Part shown: positions 63,016 to 64,000 of the stretch, piece by piece
How positions within the stretch are numbered: position 1 is the first letter of the stretch
How the letters are laid out: every line of letters starts with the position of its first letter
Assembly: GCA_964460365.1 (NCBI GenBank)
Contig: CAYWPL010000008.1
Coordinates: forward strand, 7,835 to 71,834
Direction: 5' to 3'
Length of the DNA: 64,000 nucleotides
From: an uncultured Candidatus Peribacteria bacterium
GTDB lineage: Bacteria; Patescibacteriota; Gracilibacteria; Peribacterales; Peribacteraceae
Notes under the pieces: generated by a model
What the model saw: only the letters and a program-made list of their open reading frames with translations
The model's database searches: none
What the model was told of the DNA's origin: nothing
Made by a program: the position numbers and the translations under genes

Positions 63016-64000
63016 ATGACGTCGAAAAGCTCATCCCCACAGGCCTCAACTTTCTCCAAAGACTACGTGATCGCCACGATGGGAAGCCATTCCGCGCTCC
63101 AGATCCTCAAGGGCGCGCGCGACGAGGGCATGCGCAATCTCGTCATCTGCAAGAGAGGAAAGGAGCGCCCATACACGAGTTACGGTGTCGCCGATGAAAT
63201 CCTGTACGTCGACGACTGGAACCAGTGGGACGAGAAGCTGGAGGCAGAACTGCTGAAGCGCAACGCCATCGTCATCCCGCATGGATCGTTCATCGCGTAC
63301 CTCGGGCATGACCGCGTGCGTTCGATGAAGCCGATGTACTACGGCACCAAGGAGATTCTCCGGTGGGAATCCGATCGCGTCATGGAGCGCGAGTGGCTGC
63401 TGAAGTCCGATATCCTCCTGCCCCGCGTGTTCGAGAAGCCCGAGGACATTGACCGCCCGGTCATCGTCAAATTCCACGGTGCCGGGGGCGGCTTCGGCTA
63501 CTTCGTCGTCAAATCGCCGGAGCAGTTCTACGAGGTCAAGGAGCGTAAGTATCCGGACGACGACGATTTTGTGATCCAGGAGTACATCGTCGGCGTGCCC
63601 ATCTACATCCATTATTTCCAGTCGCCGATCACCGGCGAACTGGAGATCATGGGCATGGACAAGCGCTACGAGTCCAACGCCGACTCCATCGGGCGTATCC
63701 GTGCCGAGGACCAGCTCGCGTCCAACATCCATACGAGCTACACGATCGTTGGCAATTTCCCGGTCGTCATCCGCGAGTCGCTGCTGCCCGAGCTCTTCGA
63801 GATGGGCGAGCGCGTGGTGAAGGTCAGCCGGGACCTGTGCGGCAAGGGCCTGTTCGGGCCGTTCTGCCTGGAGACGATCATCACCCGCAAGCTGAAGATC
63901 TTCGTGTTCGAGATCAGCGCGCGCATCGTCGCGGGCACGAACCCGTACATCGAAGGCTCGCCCTACACCGCTCTCAAATACGACGTGCCGATGTCCACGG
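63016..64000 (+). CDS. purP: 5-formaminoimidazole-4-carboxamide ribonucleotide (FAICAR) synthetase, ATP-grasp, archaeal PurP type (C-terminus runs off the window)
   Basis: Hand translation from ATG 63016. It gives IATMGSHSALQILKGARDEGM..., IVIPHGSFIAYLG, ILRWESDR, VIVKFHGAGGGFGYFVV, MGMDKRYESN, GNFPVVIRESLLPELFEMGERVV, GPFCLE and FEISARIVAGTN. It is collinear with the Methanocaldococcus PurP sequence as I remember it. There is no stop before 64000, so it is absent from the track. Confidence 0.9.
   Translation, partial: MTSKSSSPQASTFSKDYVIATMGSHSALQILKGARDEGMRNLVICKRGKERPYTSYGVADEILYVDDWNQWDEKLEAELLKRNAIVIPHGSFIAYLGHDRVRSMKPMYYGTKEILRWESDRVMEREWLLKSDILLPRVFEKPEDIDRPVIVKFHGAGGGFGYFVVKSPEQFYEVKERKYPDDDDFVIQEYIVGVPIYIHYFQSPITGELEIMGMDKRYESNADSIGRIRAEDQLASNIHTSYTIVGNFPVVIRESLLPELFEMGERVVKVSRDLCGKGLFGPFCLETIITRKLKIFVFEISARIVAGTNPYIEGSPYTALKYDVPMST

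Overview
GC-rich (by eye above 60% GC), densely packed bacterial chromosomal segment with about 60 protein genes and one tRNA. All protein calls rest on motifs read by eye from the translations; no database search was possible. I found no rRNA, CRISPR array, transposase, integrase or phage gene.

Recognisable content is mostly housekeeping:
- pyrG (runs off the left edge), uvrC, a membrane H+-pyrophosphatase, comEC and rsmA.
- A nine-gene aromatic amino-acid operon: DAHP synthase, aroB, aroA-aroK fusion, aroD-aroE fusion, aroC, chorismate mutase, pheA and an aminotransferase.
- pcrA, rmuC, rpsO, pnp, valS, a lexA-dinB pair and an envelope cluster (MFS, LCP, DUF1624).
- rplJ-rplL, dtd, a Rel-family synthetase, tig, secF, a PfkB kinase, a large Ig/FN3 surface protein and tRNA-Cys.
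- An archaeal-type purP (runs off the right edge).

No defence or mobile system is recognisable. The points worth a second look are:
- A ~0.7 kb ORF-free, hairpin-rich gap at 54.77-55.45 kb, a candidate structured RNA.
- Perfect palindromic elements both between genes and in frame inside aroA and pcrA.
- A 2.9 kb three-ORF insert splitting the normally adjacent rpsO-pnp pair.
- A UvrC with a ~170-aa GNAT-like insert.
- A 790-aa LOG/PpnN-like fusion protein next to pyrG.
- A 7-nt x4 tandem repeat in the pyrG 5' coding region.
- Repeated -10 hexamers 6-10 nt upstream of start codons with no Shine-Dalgarno sequence, suggesting leaderless mRNAs.
- A tRNA-Cys with non-canonical D-loop and T-loop bases.

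Promoter and RNA calls are hand-folded or hand-matched hypotheses.
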